From positions 100,688,001-100,752,000 of the forward strand of contig OX597819.1 of assembly GCA_951406725.2 (NCBI GenBank): 64,000 bases of DNA. Direction: 5' to 3'. The position numbers and the translations under genes are program-made. This document shows, in pieces, positions 41,728-56,219 of this stretch. How positions within the stretch are numbered: position 1 is the stretch's first letter; every line of letters begins with the position of its first letter. The notes beneath the pieces were generated by a model. It was not told the origin of the DNA. It saw nothing but the letters and a program-made list of their open reading frames with translations, and searched no databases. This DNA comes from Octopus vulgaris. Taxonomy: Eukaryota.

Positions 41728-42407
41728 CTCTCTCTCTCTCTCAGTAATTGTAATATGTGTCTGTGTGCGAGCGTGTAGCTATGCAGAAATATATATGTGT
41801 ATATGTATGATTGTATGTGTGTATATACATATATGAATGCTTATACGAGAAATATGGTGTATATGTCTTTATGCATTTGTGAGAGTATGCGGAGATATTT
41901 ACGCATTCATTATTAAAAATTAGGCGTAATACATCACCCAGTTTAACATCACTCACCTGGCACATGAATTCATTTAGCAGAATATCCAATAACGAAAAAT
42001 TCCGCTCGCCAGGCTTATCCCGCTACAGATATGTGCTGGGCGTAGCCTCACTCGTGAACTAACGAATGAAAATATCTTCTTCCCTATCAGTGTCTTTCTT
42101 TTTCTCGTATATATATGCATATTTTTGTGTGCATATGCGTTTCTTCTATTTTCTAATTATTGTATCATTCACTGAGGAGTGAGCCGGTTTCCAACAAACA
42201 CACAAAGTTCCATCTTTGGAGTGTACTTAAAACAGACAGAATCACATTTGTAACCTGAGAAAATTCATACATATATTTACTGTTCCACTGACAGATTGCA
42301 CTTGTAATGTACGAATTAGCCAGTCGATTTCTCTTCTGAAAATCTCACTTTATCCAGATCCTCCTTTTAGCAGTTACTAACAAAACCTAGTGCTCCAATT
42401 ATTATTT

Positions 42408-42551
42408 GTATGAATTATTCTTTGTAAGCCTGGTATTTATTCTCTATCGGGTCTTTTGCAGAAATTCTACGTTACGGGGACAAAAACACATCAACACATC
42501 CACACAGAGACAAAGACGCGCACACATAAGTACACACACACGCACATACAT

Positions 42552-42610
<59 letters not shown>

Positions 42611-42755
42611 AATATGTATTCATATAGGACGTACTACTTTCAGTTTCGTCCACCAAATCTACTCACAATGCATTGAGCGGTCCTAGGATTCAGCAGAAGT
42701 CACTAGACTCGGAAACATTGGTTGGGAAGCAAGCTATTAACCACAGGCCACGACT
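42408..42755 (-). mobile_element. SINE family B, decayed, with internal (CA)n
   Basis: ttattctttgtaagcctggtatttattctctatcgg and ctttcagtttcgtccaccaaatc. Confidence 0.8.
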
Positions 42756-42760
42756 ATACA

Positions 42761-42795
<35 letters not shown>

Positions 42796-42836
42796 ATATA
42801 TACATACACACACATACACACACACATATATATATT

Positions 42837-42871
<35 letters not shown>

Positions 42872-42879
42872 AAGTTTGT

Positions 42880-43080
42880 GTTCCCTTTTAGTCCTCCTTA
42901 ACGTCGCTTGACAACATGTGCTGCTGTGTTTACGTCCTCATAACATAGCGATTGAGTAAAAGATATCGATAGAATAAGTACCAGGCTTGCAAAGAATACA
43001 CCTGGAGACGATTTGCTCCACTAAATGCGGTGCTTCAGAAAGACTGCCATCAAATGAATGAAACAAATAAAAGAATAAAA
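42880..43080 (+). mobile_element. SINE family B, 3' half
   Basis: cgcttgacaac...gatagaataagtaccaggcttgcaaagaata...gcggtgcttcag. Confidence 0.8.
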
Positions 43081-43179
43081 CACTAAACGAATGCATATAT
43101 GTCTACGACTATACATTCCTTTCTCTCTCTCCCTCCATATATATATGTATATATACATACACGCACACACACGTATATA

Positions 43180-43227
<48 letters not shown>

Positions 43228-43236
<9 letters not shown>

Positions 43237-43788
43237 AATAAATAAAATATATGCATATATACATACATATATGTACGTACCTACCTCTACATGTATATAT
43301 ACATGCATATATGGGTACAGGACACCAAAAAATCGTCGAACAATGTGAGAAACGAAAACATAAACACAAAACCAAGGAAATGGATTTTTTTTTAAAACAA
43401 CGAAAAAAATAGAGTACAGGACATACAAAACAAGGAAAATTCTCCTTCTTCAGTCGCCTTAATTTCATCTACTCCACGTTTCGAAGGTCAAGGCGATACA
43501 TGTCTTCAATGAAATTTTTCCGCCCGCGAAAATCAAATTAAAAAAAATATGAAATTTTTTTGCGGAGGGGTAAAAATGGTAACAAAAATAGGATAGTAAC
43601 GACAGTACAAAATATAAACAGTAAAATACAGGACACGGAGAATAACAGTAGCACGTTTTCGTTTCTCATTGTGTTCGACGTTTTTTTGGTGTCCTGTACC
43701 CATATATGCATATATTTATATACATGTAGAGGTAGGTACGTACATATATGTATGTATATATGCATATATTTTATTTATTTATTAATTT
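43228..43788. mobile_element. Foldback element with ~132-bp inverted arms and a ~295-nt spacer holding a decayed HHR-like motif; probably PLE-derived
   Basis: 43228-43359 is the reverse complement of 43655-43788. Minus strand 43514->43463 reads tttca-TTGAAGA...GAAAC-gtgga-GTA-gatgaaa. Confidence 0.8.
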
Positions 43789-43857
43789 ATTATATGACAG
43801 AACGCACGCATCCCTTTCTAAGTAAGATTGTTCTCTCTCTCTTTCTCTCTCTCTCTT

Positions 43858-43918
<61 letters not shown>

Positions 43919-43939
43919 GTGTGTGTGTGTGCGCGCTTG

Positions 43940-44350
43940 CGCGCATGAGTGGCTGTATGGTAAGTAGTTTGCTTACCAACCACATGGTTCTGGGTTCAGT
44001 CCCATTGCTTGGTACCTTGGGCAAGTGTCTTCTACTATAGCCTCGGGCCGACCAAAGCCTTCTGAGTGGATTTGGTAGAAGAAAACTGAAAAAAACCCGT
44101 CGTATGTATGTACATATATATGTATGTGTGTGTATATGTTTCTGTGTCTGTGTTTGACCCCCCACCAACATCACTTGACAACCGATTCAGGTGTGTTTAC
44201 GTCTCCGTAACTTAGCGGTTCGGCAAAAGAGGCCGATAGAATAAGTACTAGGCTTACAAAGAATAAGTCCTGGGGTCGATTTGCTCGACTAAAGGCGTGC
44301 TCCAGCATGGCCACAGTCAAATGAGTGAATCATGTAAAGGAGTAAAGAGT
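43940..44350 (+). mobile_element. Full-length SINE family B (tRNA head, CORE-like ccttgggcaagtg domain, internal microsatellite, LINE-like tail)
   Basis: A and B boxes present. More than 10 paralogues in the window. Confidence 0.93.
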
Positions 44351-44359
44351 ATATATGTG

Positions 44360-44399
<40 letters not shown>

Positions 44400-45127
44400 T
44401 GTATATATATATATATATATATATATACATGCATAAATATATATGTATATATATATATATATATATACATATGTTGGTTCTTACACATTCAACAATATAT
44501 GCAAACACATACACACTATATTCATACACTTTTTTTTTGTATATATATATATTTTATATGTTTGCATGTATAAGACAGTATGGGCGCAGGTGTATACATT
44601 GACGCCAATCTCATCCTTTTCTCTTCTAATAACCTGTCATGTGCTAATCATTTTGCAAGCAAGTAAATTTCTCATCCAGCCATGTGTAACTTTTATTTTG
44701 GTCTTCACCTTCACACACATATCTTCATTCCCATGCTTTCTCTCTCCCCTCCTCTCTCTCCCAATTCTTTCTCTCTTTCTTTCTTTCTCTCTCTCACGTG
44801 CTCGCTCGCTCGCTCGCTCTCCGTTGACCCTAACCAAACCCTTAAATAGTTTTACATTAAAAACACTCAGCCGACCAGTTGGAATTAACTCGTGTTTCAG
44901 AATCAACCAATACAATTAGCCATAGTATCCAATTTCTACATTTATATGCAACCATTGATAACATCAATCTAATTTTAGGGTTCGTTTGTAATCTTACTGG
45001 GGACATATCAAAATGTAATAAAACAAGTATAACAGCAACAATACACACATGCAGACGTGTACACATTTATATGTGAGTGTACACACACACACACACACAT
45101 ATATATATTTATATATGTATATTTATG

Positions 45128-45176
<49 letters not shown>

Positions 45177-45201
45177 ATATGTATATATTTATATGTATAT
45201 G

Positions 45202-45279
<78 letters not shown>

Positions 45280-45325
45280 CTGATATATACAAACATGTAA
45301 GTATATGTGCATGTATAAATTAGAG

Positions 45326-45356
<31 letters not shown>

Positions 45357-45368
45357 ATGTGTTTGTGC

Positions 45369-45434
<66 letters not shown>

Positions 45435-45521
45435 ATGTATATATGAGCAAGCATATGGTATGAATGAAAGAAGCGTAAAAGAAACTTTGCATCTTTTAAT
45501 AAAAATACATATAATAATAAC

Positions 45522-45560
<39 letters not shown>

Positions 45561-45721
45561 TAGGACAATAATAAGGAGCTAAAACAAAACGAAGCCTCTG
45601 CTTCATGAGAAGATTTGGTGAAAGGTGAAGAAAATGTTTCACTAAAGAAAGATTCGTAGGTTTAGAGTGTGATAGGAATGTTTGTTAACATTAAGTAAGA
45701 CATTTGCTTTCAAATTTACTA

Positions 45722-45726
<5 letters not shown>

Positions 45727-45811
<85 letters not shown>

Positions 45812-45878
45812 TCCTTTTTTTTATGTTGCTATGTTCTTTTTGATCTTCATGTTTTTTTGTATTTTTCTCTGTTTTATA

Positions 45879-45944
<66 letters not shown>

Positions 45945-45952
45945 CATTATTA

Positions 45953-46007
<55 letters not shown>
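45727..46007. repeat. (TTA)n tracts
   Basis: Direct reading. Confidence 0.95.
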
Positions 46008-46010
<3 letters not shown>

Positions 46011-46547
46011 ACATTCCTTGTTTGTTTTCGTATTTCTTTCGAATGTATTTGTATTTTTATGTTTTATTATTCCTAATCTTATTGTTTATTGTTCTTGTGT
46101 TCTCTTATTCATTCATTTCTTCATCTCCCTTTTCATTATCATCTTCATTTTCCTCCCTGTAGGCCTCTCTCCTCGTTTATTCCCTTTCCATCTTTTTTTT
46201 ATCTATTTCATTTTGTATTGCATTTCTTTCTCCTCCCATTTGATTCATATCAAATGCACAATCCCCGCCTCCTTCCTCTCGTTTCGCTAATACACAGTTA
46301 TATAGGCACAATTTGTCTGTGCATACACACATAAACATACATGCACACACACACACTCACACACTCATACGCAAACATATGAATGAAAGAACAAAGATAT
46401 GTATACGCATATATATACATACATGTATATATACACAGTCATACACATATTTATATACTTATATATATATATATGTATATTTATATATTTATATACGGTT
46501 ATACATATTTATACATATATGTAACTTTTATATATGTATATATGTAT

Positions 46548-46608
<61 letters not shown>

Positions 46609-47362
46609 AATACGTGTATATATATGTGTGTGTGGGTATATATATATATATATATATATAGATACATACAGACAGACATACATATACATATATATATATA
46701 TACATGCATATATATTTATGTAAACATATATATATATATAATATGTGTGTGTGTGTCTGTGTCTATGTCTGTGTCTGTGAGTGTGTGCGTATATCCTTAT
46801 TCCTTTATTCAGAAACCTTAATTCATTCAAGATTTCTTTCTTTCTATTTACTGCCACGCCACCTTTACGTCAAATCGAACAATATTCTTGTTATTTCCAA
46901 TTGCATTCTGTCTCACCGTGTCATTTTATTTCTCAGTTATTCGCGGTGAATCTTCATGTTGTATACAATACCGTTTGATTATTTAGTGTTTTTCAAGCGG
47001 ATTTTCCTTTGCATAAACTATCATTGTTTGGTTGTTTAGTTTGTTGTATGTAATTTATATGCTTCTATCGAAAAGAGAAGCTGGTGAGAAGGCCTGGTGA
47101 GGGAAAATATTGCATGTTATTTTAGAATGTCAATTGATTAGCTGTCTGTTGACCTAACTATCATAGACTAAAATCACAGCTACGTGTAGCAATGAAGATA
47201 ATGTTGCCTCCATGACTAGTGCGGACATCAATGAGACACTAATACAGCTAATTAACATTGTATTTGTAAAAATAAAAATCTAATGGAATAAAGTTATAGT
47301 GTGAGAAATACATACACAGAAAATCTTGATGAATTATTTATACTATGAGATGTGCTTGCTTT

Positions 47363-47790
47363 TGGCAGAATCGTTAGCACGCCGGGCAAAATGCTTAGCA
47401 GTATTTTGCCCGTTGAAGGCGGCGAGCTGGCAGAAATGTTAGCACGCCGGGCGAAATGCTTAGCGGCATTTCCTCTGCCGCTACGTTCTGAGTTCAAATT
47501 CTGCCGAGGTTGATTTTGCCTTTCATCCTTTCGGGGTCGATTAAATAAGTACCAGTTACCTACTGGGGTCGATGTAATCGACTTAATCCCTTTGTCTGTC
47601 CTTGTTTGTCGCCTCTGTGTTTATCCCCTTATGGGTAGCAAAGAAATGGGTATTTCGTCTGCCGCTACGTTCTGAGTTCAAATTCCGCCGAGGTAGACTT
47701 TGCCTTTCATCCTTTCGGGAACGATAGGGTCGATGTAATCGACTCATCCCCTCCTCAAACATTTCTGCCCTTGTGGCAAAATTTGAGACC
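47363..47790 (+). mobile_element. Compound SINE family A: partial head, full copy and 5'-truncated copy in tandem
   Basis: Units at 47363-47414, 47416-47649 and 47650-47790. Confidence 0.9.
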
Positions 47791-48769
47791 ATTATTATTA
47801 TTATAGTTGTTGTTGTTGATGTTGTTACTGTCGTTATTATCATCATTGTCCATATGTAACATAATATATATAATATGTATGTATACGCATATATATGTGT
47901 GAATATATATTTTCCTGAATGAGAAAGAGACAGAAATGTAACACATTACATGGATAGAATCAACCATATAGTTATATAAGTATATTCTTGCATCTTTTAT
48001 TCACACTTGTTTGGTGGTTCCATTTGTCCCTAGTTGGCCTTGGACACTTTATCACTGAGTCCTAATAATTTATCTAATTTAGCTCTCTAGAACTTTACTT
48101 TCTCTGTACTTTATCTCCCACTATCCCGCTGACATCTTCGAGTAAATGATTTTTTTTTGTTTCTGATAATCTAACCCACTTCCCATTTCCCGTCTACCTG
48201 GTACTCTTTTTACTTTTACTCAATGACTATTTAACCACACCCAACTTATTCCATTTGGCGGGGACCATAACACTAACTAGTACTTTCATTGGTCATTTGA
48301 TTTTAATTTTGTTTCTACCTTTTTTCTTTCCTCGGCTAACCATTCCTGTTGTGGTCAGTTTGTTAATTCATTTACTAATTTTCAAGCGGCAATGCAAACA
48401 ACATAGATGTAGCAAGAGTCTTGATGATTAGTTGAACTGGTTTTGCGTCTACTACAACTTCAAGCTTCACTTTCCTATGAAACAGATGTAGTCCGTGCGT
48501 TACTTGTTGCACTCCTAACTTATGGACTTTTATTCGTAAGCTTAGCAGCTCTTGTTGCTAAGCCATGAGTTGTATGGTGACCTTCAGACTATCGAAATCC
48601 ATTTCAATTTCAGTATAGGAAGGAGTAAGTGTGTTACAATGTTAATAAACCTATATAATCGTATATTGTCCACCTTTCGTCATCTGTACTTGCTACTTAA
48701 ATGCTCGAAGCTCACTGACTTTCAACTCCCGGATACCTATGGTTATATAAATATAACTACACACACACT

Positions 48770-48839
<70 letters not shown>

Positions 48840-48997
48840 CGATGCGTGTATATGTGTAAATAGATTTACATAAGCGCCTCTTATATTTTTAGATTCACGC
48901 GGTTATGCAATATCCATATGAATACAAATATGCACTTAATCTTATAGGTCACCACAAAGTTACAACTGAACAAATATTATCATTGATAATCATAGAA

Positions 48998-49215
48998 GAA
49001 GGTGAGCTGGTAGACTGATTAGAACGATGAGAAAAAAAGCTTAGCAGCATTCCGCCCATCTTTACGTTCCGAATTCAAATTCAACCGTGGTCGACTTCAC
49101 CTGTCATCCTTTCAGGGTCGATAAAATCAGTACCAGTTGAAAACTGGAGTCAACATAATCGATATACCCCATCTCCCGATACTACTGGCCTCGTGCCAAA
49201 ATTCGAAACTAATAT
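48998..49215 (+). mobile_element. SINE family A
   Basis: aaggtgagctgg...tcatcctttcagggtcgataaaatcagtaccagttg. Confidence 0.85.
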
Positions 49216-49464
49216 TAATATTTATAAACCAGAAAACGGGCTGAGTGTTTCGTCCGTGGGCGTGGTAAATGATTGCGCACGTAACTCTCAACGCTTGAGT
49301 CACACTGTAACATTTGCTGATTATTTATCAAAGAACACTCATGTATTGATCTCTAATTTCCAGTTTGCACCATCAAGCCTATTCATAAACTATATGAATG
49401 ATTGTATGAGAACCTCAAATCAACTCTTATGTTTTAATGAACTTACATCGTCCCTGCTGAATCT

Positions 49465-49745
49465 TCATCATCATCATCACCACAACCACCATAATCATCA
49501 TCATTATCATCATCATCATCGTCATCGTCATCGTCGTCGTCGTTGTCGTCATCGTCACCGTCATTGCCGTCTTCGTCTTCGTCGTTGTCGTGGTCATCAT
49601 CATCATCATTGTAAACATTCTATAGCTTGCCTATTCTCATTAGCAGCAATATCACAGAACGAAACACTACTAAAGTTTTTTATCACCGCTGAATGTCCAT
49701 GATATTCATGATGGTGATGTTGATGTTGCTACTGCTGCTGCTACT

Positions 49746-49776
<31 letters not shown>

Positions 49777-50043
49777 ATTGTGATGAGGATGATAATAATA
49801 ATAGTAATAACCCTGACTTCCTCAACTCCTCCTCCTCCTCCTCCTCATCATCATCATCATCATCATCAGAATCACCATAACCATAATCACACTGATTATC
49901 ATGAAACTTTAGTTACGTTGCTAATCAACATTATTTTCAAACATTTCCACATTAACCTTCATGACAGTTATCAAAACAAATTTAACAACAGCATTATCAA
50001 CAACAACAACAAGAACAGCATAAGAATAATAATAATAATATTG

Positions 50044-50074
<31 letters not shown>

Positions 50075-50090
50075 TAATTATAATAATATA
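49465..50090. repeat. Mixed trinucleotide region
   Basis: CAT, CGT, CTG, GAT, CCT and AAT runs. Confidence 0.9.
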
Positions 50091-50631
50091 AATACAAATA
50101 CAAACAAACCGAGCAATAAACGCCATTTAATAATTATAGAAAAAGATCTTGGAAAATATGGTAAAAGATATACAAAATTATCAGTGATAAAATCATACTG
50201 TTTTCATGCCAACATTTATATGATATTCTTTGCCATTTTCGCCGTATAATTCCCAGTCAGGAATAGTCCTAACAACATTTTAATTTCTGAGACGCCATTT
50301 TGAGTCATTAAAATAAAGAAGAAATTTTTATGATTCATTCGAAGATTTGGGTTGGTTTATTGATACATTTATTTAGAATTTTTTAAAGGAGGTTTGTTTT
50401 TTCATTTTATTTTATTTTATTTCTATATTGATTAGATAATTTTCACAAATGGCTATTGCATCTTCAATCCACGTCATAAATCTGGAATTCCGCACCGAAT
50501 CTGAAGGCAGTCGCATCATTTTCATTTGCGGTGAAGGGGATATATACATATTTACATACGCACATATATACGTATAAATATATATTGCATATACATAATA
50601 TTATATCTGTGCGTATGTGTATGTGTGTGTA

Positions 50632-50671
<40 letters not shown>

Positions 50672-50715
50672 TGTGCGTATGTATCACACTTGTGCATGTA
50701 TATATACATGTATAC

Positions 50716-50791
<76 letters not shown>

Positions 50792-53367
50792 TTACATGTG
50801 AATATATACACACGAACATTATATATATGCATAGCTATAAGTCTATACTTGCATGCATATATACACAGAATAATACACATTGTGAGGTTTATTTCAGCGT
50901 TAATTGGCAGTTTTAAAGATCAATTTCAGCGCATAATTGTACCCATGAATACATGAATATATATGTATGTATGCATGTATGTATATTTACGTATATGCAT
51001 TTGTGTATGAATGTAAATGCATACATAATACACACACACACGCACACACACATATGTATTTGTTTCAAATACGCATACAATATATCTATTATTATATGTA
51101 ATAAAAAATAAAGAACTCAAAAGTTTGCATTAATTCAACAAAAGTCAAATGCAAATTGAAACAATCACAAATCAGATAAAATTTACATAAAATAAAATAT
51201 GCACAACCTTTGAGAAAATACAAGCACATTATTAAATGAGTTAAATAAATAATACGTTATGTCCATTTGAGTTTCTGCAGCAATTATAAACAGTATGGTA
51301 TAAAAAATTGTTGAAATATTAACAATATATAAAATTAACATATGCCTCTTACGCACTTGTGTCAGAAATGGAGTCCGTATTTCTTTAGGTATCCAATCAG
51401 GGATGTTTATAAACATACGATAGGCCTATTGTACTATTAGCTTCATCCAGCAATCGTTCGTCCTCCAATGCCATGGTTACCGTGTCAGGAAATTCAAGAA
51501 AATGAAACCTGGAAGTAGTTTAAGAAGCGTTTTAAGAGAAAAGTTGACTACTATACTCACAGAATGTAGTCATATCACTTTAACCCTTTTGAGGAAGAAT
51601 AGTTTTAGTGATGAATATTCATATTTAACAAAACTATATGCTATTGAAATGACCAAATGGGAAAACAGATAAACTTCGTTAAACTCTGTACCAAATCCGG
51701 TGATGCGTTCATTTCTATAAGAGAAAATTATGACGATGCCTGCAATGTTTTAAACTCTCTGGCTTCGGGTTAATAATTTGGGTACGATCAAATAACGATG
51801 TATTGTTTCAGCTATACAGAGCTGGTGATATTTTGGCCTGTTAATGTATATGACTTAAACGAGATTATTTGGCATACCTCTTCTTGAAGTTACTTTCACA
51901 CAACTCACTATATTTATTCGTTAGATTCCCTTATATAGCGGAACAGAGGTAACCTTCACTTCCACTGAGCTAGCGGTCCATGCCTGAACTAGAGGGCAAG
52001 TATCTGGATTCTTACTGTTGCTGTCGGTGTCGATAATCTCGGTAGGTTTACGAGAAATAATGTTTTATATATTAGCGAAGCATCTATAGGAAACTTTCAC
52101 GAAACATCTATTGAACATTTTCTTATATATAGCTACCGGATATATATCTGTCTATCAGAGCAATTAGGTATTTAACTACATCATTGCTAATTTTTAAAGA
52201 GAAAGAAGTGATTGGGTAACTATATAACTTGATTTTAGGCTTGGATTATGTTTGAGTCGGAATGTATGATATTCTCTCTTTAAAGCCACTGTCACCCAGA
52301 GTACTATTGTACTAGAGGTCTCCCTTATCGCAAATTTCTTTAGATGACATAGATCGTTTTAGTAAAAGACTCCTCCCATACTTCATTAAGCACGCAGTTT
52401 AAATATAGTTTAACACTCCATTCGTTCGGCTCTCTCTCTTGGGAAATATATTCTAGAGTTTCTGTGAACAGAATTATTTATATTTCCCTTAAAACTTTTC
52501 TTCGCGTAGTTTTCTATATTTTTTCTCTCCTTTCCTTTCTCAATAATCATATTATCTGAATCTGAAGATTTGCTGTATCATGGTCTGTACGCTAGATGAT
52601 ATCCTTTGGTTGCTGCAGTATTCAGCACGCAATTCAAAGTAGTTGACTTATAACGCAAGTATTCATTAAATGATAAAATCTTTCTCAATAAGACCTCGCT
52701 GAGTTTAGTACTTTAGCTTGCTGATTCCAATCAAGGAACTGACAGTAAACTATATATATGTATAGGTATGTATGTGTTTATTACAGCATGTCTTAGCTAA
52801 GTTTCTGTAACTAAATATACAGTTGCATCTACACAAACGCCACATGTAATATTCTGCTTCATTTTCAAATTTTAACCCTACTTTAGACAGCTGGTACCAT
52901 TTCTAAAATTTTGTGTTTCTTTTACCTGCCATACAATGACTATTCTTGCGACCATGTTAGTATTCCATTTTACTATCTCATCAACCTCTTAGCTTCCAGC
53001 TTTAAAATAATTGTATTTATTTGTCACCTTTGTCCACCTAACTGTTCTGTTTCGATAGCATCTGTTTTATATTGTTTGAGTTTTTCAATAGCAAAACATA
53101 GTCACATTCCATTTATGTTTCTACAAAATATTGTTGTAGATTCAAATATAAATTAGAAGCAGCACTAGTATTCTAAACTTTATCGAATACGCCTATCTAG
53201 TATACGCGCCTTGCCTCTTCGTCGTTAGGCTGCCTATAGCGCGGTAGAGATAACTCGCTCAATGCGCTGAGAGACAAAATAACAAACGAGATAACTTGCC
53301 CCAAATCCCATGAAGAAGCGATGGATATCAATGTTTCGTCATCTTTGTGGTTTATGAATATCCCTTG

Positions 53368-53677
53368 TGGAGGCACATAACCTAGTGGTTAGAGCAGCGG
53401 ACTTGTGGTCGAGGGATCGCGGGTTCGAATCTCAGACCGTGCGATGTGTGTGTTTATGAGCGAAATACCTATGCTCCACGCGGCTCCGGCTGAAGTTAAT
53501 GGCGAACTTCTGCTGACACTTTCGCCGTAACTTTCTCTCACTCTTTCCTCCTGCATCTTGCAGCTCACCTGCGACGGACTGGCGTCCCGTCCAGGTGGGG
53601 AACCTAGACGCCAAGGAAACCGGAAAACCGGCCCTTATGAGCCACGCATGGTGGCTCGAGAAGGAACAAACAACAAC
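53368..53677 (+). mobile_element. SINE family C
   Basis: Close paralogue of 3451-3756 with A and B boxes. Confidence 0.92.
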
Positions 53678-53899
53678 CCCTGCCCAGATCAAACTGGAGG
53701 CGAACTAGAATAACTAGTTTTTAAAATAGTTCTACTGGCCAATTCTGGATATTATCTTATCGATTTCGTTCAGTAAGTGTGGTGATGCTTAATTACGTCC
53801 ATTGTAGTCATATATCATAACTTTTCATGTTTTCCTGTGCCGTCTCCTCGTTACAATATCATATAACTTTAACATATTGCCATCACAGTTTTGATGATT

Positions 53900-54470
53900 T
53901 TCATTTTATTGCTGCGGCTCTCATCATCATAGTTTGGCATTTAGCTGTGTTTTAAGTATTCATCTGAGTTTATAATATTCATTTACAGTATTTCTTTTCA
54001 ACTCTGTTCTTATTCCATTTTAATTCCTTCATTTCTGCACTGAAACATTGAACTTTGCTGAAAGAATTTAGAATTTTCATAACTATGGATTATTTTACAA
54101 TTTAACATGTCTCTTGTTTTAGGTTTTCTTTGAAGTGGTGCACTTCTCTTCTACTTATGCCAATTTTCTGTAGTATTTGTGCCATTACATTTTTAAATAT
54201 ATGTTCTTTTCTTTTCATTCGCTTCAATATAGATTCAAACGCATTTCTTTATTGTTGTATTTTCTTTAACATATTTCTGTGTCCGCATCGTTTCTATGTT
54301 ATTCGCTTTGGTGCAGGTATTTCTATATTACTAGTTCTGATGAAGTTTTCGCTTTACCTTGTAAGTAGTATGGCTGCATTGTTAAATATTTCGTTCATAG
54401 AATTGATTTCAAAGCACATATCTCTGTTCTTTAAAATTTCGACGAAAAAAATCTTAGCTTTGTTTGTTGC
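53900..54470 (-). pseudogene. Possible highly decayed Dong/R4-like LINE fragment
   Basis: Minus-strand remnant EYYKLR*ILKTQLNAK is reminiscent of the Dong/R4 EY.RR+R.+LKS.LN motif. Many stops. Confidence 0.3.
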
Positions 54471-54489
54471 AGTTTATTACAGTAATCAT

Positions 54490-54706
54490 AGTAGTGGTGG
54501 CTGTGGTAGTAGTACTGGTGGTGGTGGTGGTGGTGTAGCAGTAGAAGTAGTGGTAAATATGGTGGTAGTGGTGGTGGTGGTAGTAGTAGTTGTAGAAGTT
54601 GTAATGGTAGTAATAGCAACAGCGGTAGCTATAGTCGCAGTACCAAAGTTAGTAGTTGTTGTAGCAAACAGTAGCAACACCAGCACCGTTATTATTATTA
54701 TTATTA

Positions 54707-54783
<77 letters not shown>

Positions 54784-54873
54784 TGTATTAGTAGTTGTAG
54801 TAGTAGAGGTAGTAGTAGTAATAGTAGTAGTAGCAGCAGCAGTAGTAGTAGCAGCAGCAGCAGCAGCAGAAGC

Positions 54874-54925
<52 letters not shown>

Positions 54926-54970
54926 TTGGTGTAGTTATTGTGGTTGTTGTTGTTGTTGGTGGTGGTGGTG
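54490..54970. repeat. (TAG/GGT/TTA/CAG)n region
   Basis: Direct reading. Confidence 0.93.
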
Positions 54971-55371
54971 TTATAAGCTTTCCCGGGCTCGTACCAAGCA
55001 ACATTCGGGAAGAGTTCTGTTAACTGATAATGGCAACAGGTTTCTTATGAACAGGAAGTCATGTGGTCAATGATAGAAGTTAGGTGAGCCGATCTGAAAT
55101 ATTTTGTAAGCGGACAGGTGAGAAGACAATGTGCTTTAATATCGTACTTTAAACCTCATAAGTTATATATCATGTGTGACCTTTGCCATTCACAGTCAGC
55201 GGCAGGTGTAAAGCGTAGTAAGGTTTCGGATAATTGATTGTGCGATAGATTTCTGTTTTGTCTTTGGTAGTTAAGGACAATGATGACTATGATGAAGATG
55301 ATGATGATGATGATAATGATGATTATGATGACAATGGTGGTGGTGGTAATCGTGGTGTGGTGATGATAAAA

Positions 55372-55403
<32 letters not shown>

Positions 55404-55574
55404 GGTGGTAGTGGAGGTGATGTTGATGATGACGACGACGTCGATGAATTCGTAACATCGTTATAGACATGTTTGAGGTTCCTCGTTAGACTGACAGAAT
55501 TTGATACACACACATACACACACACACGCACACGCACACAAATACATATGCGTTTATACACACACACACACACA

Positions 55575-55606
<32 letters not shown>

Positions 55607-55990
55607 GAAATATACAGATGTATACCAGAGCACAGTCGAAATACGATAATTCGAGAACGTAGTAGAGGGAACGATGTGACCGCAGAGTATTGAAAGCAAA
55701 AGTTCCACGGAACCAGACAGGTTGCAAGGTTTTGAGAGAAAACGTGAATCTGTGCAGTTGTGGAATGGTATTTAAGAGACCGGAAAAGCCTCATGAAAAG
55801 CTTCCAAAACAATGGGAATAAGATTTAATCAAACAAGTCAAGATAGAAAAGAATGACGCAATCAAGTCGCAGTTGTTACCTGTTGTGTACAATAACATCT
55901 GGTCGATACTGTGATACAATGATATATAAATACATATGTATGTGTGTGTGTGTGTGTGTGTGTGTGATTCTTAATGTAGTATATTTTGTA

Positions 55991-56219
55991 AGGCGGCGAG
56001 CTGGCAGAATCGTTAGCTCGCCGGGCGAAATGCGTAGCCGTATTTCGTCTGCCGTTACGTTCTGAGTTCAAATTCCGCCGAGGCCGACTTTGCCTTTCAT
56101 CCTTTCGGGATCGATTAAATAAGTCCAGTTACGCACTAGTGTCAATATAATCGACTTAATCCGTTTGTCTGTCCTTGCTCGTCCTCTGTGTGTTTAGCCC
56201 CTTGTGGGTAGTAAAGAAA
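55991..56219 (+). mobile_element. Young full-length SINE family A with 14-bp TSD
   Basis: tagtatattttgta at 55977-55990 and 56220-56233. tRNA-like head and gcctttcatcctttcgggatcgat central domain. Confidence 0.95.

Noticed and set aside
41957-42022. PGERNF peptide resembling the myosin GERNFHIFY motif
   Set aside because: The following residues do not match, the acceptor is weak and no other exons were found.
54130-55023. Longest ORF (297 aa)
   Set aside because: Half is a trinucleotide tract and the rest is T-rich antisense of probable decayed TE sequence.
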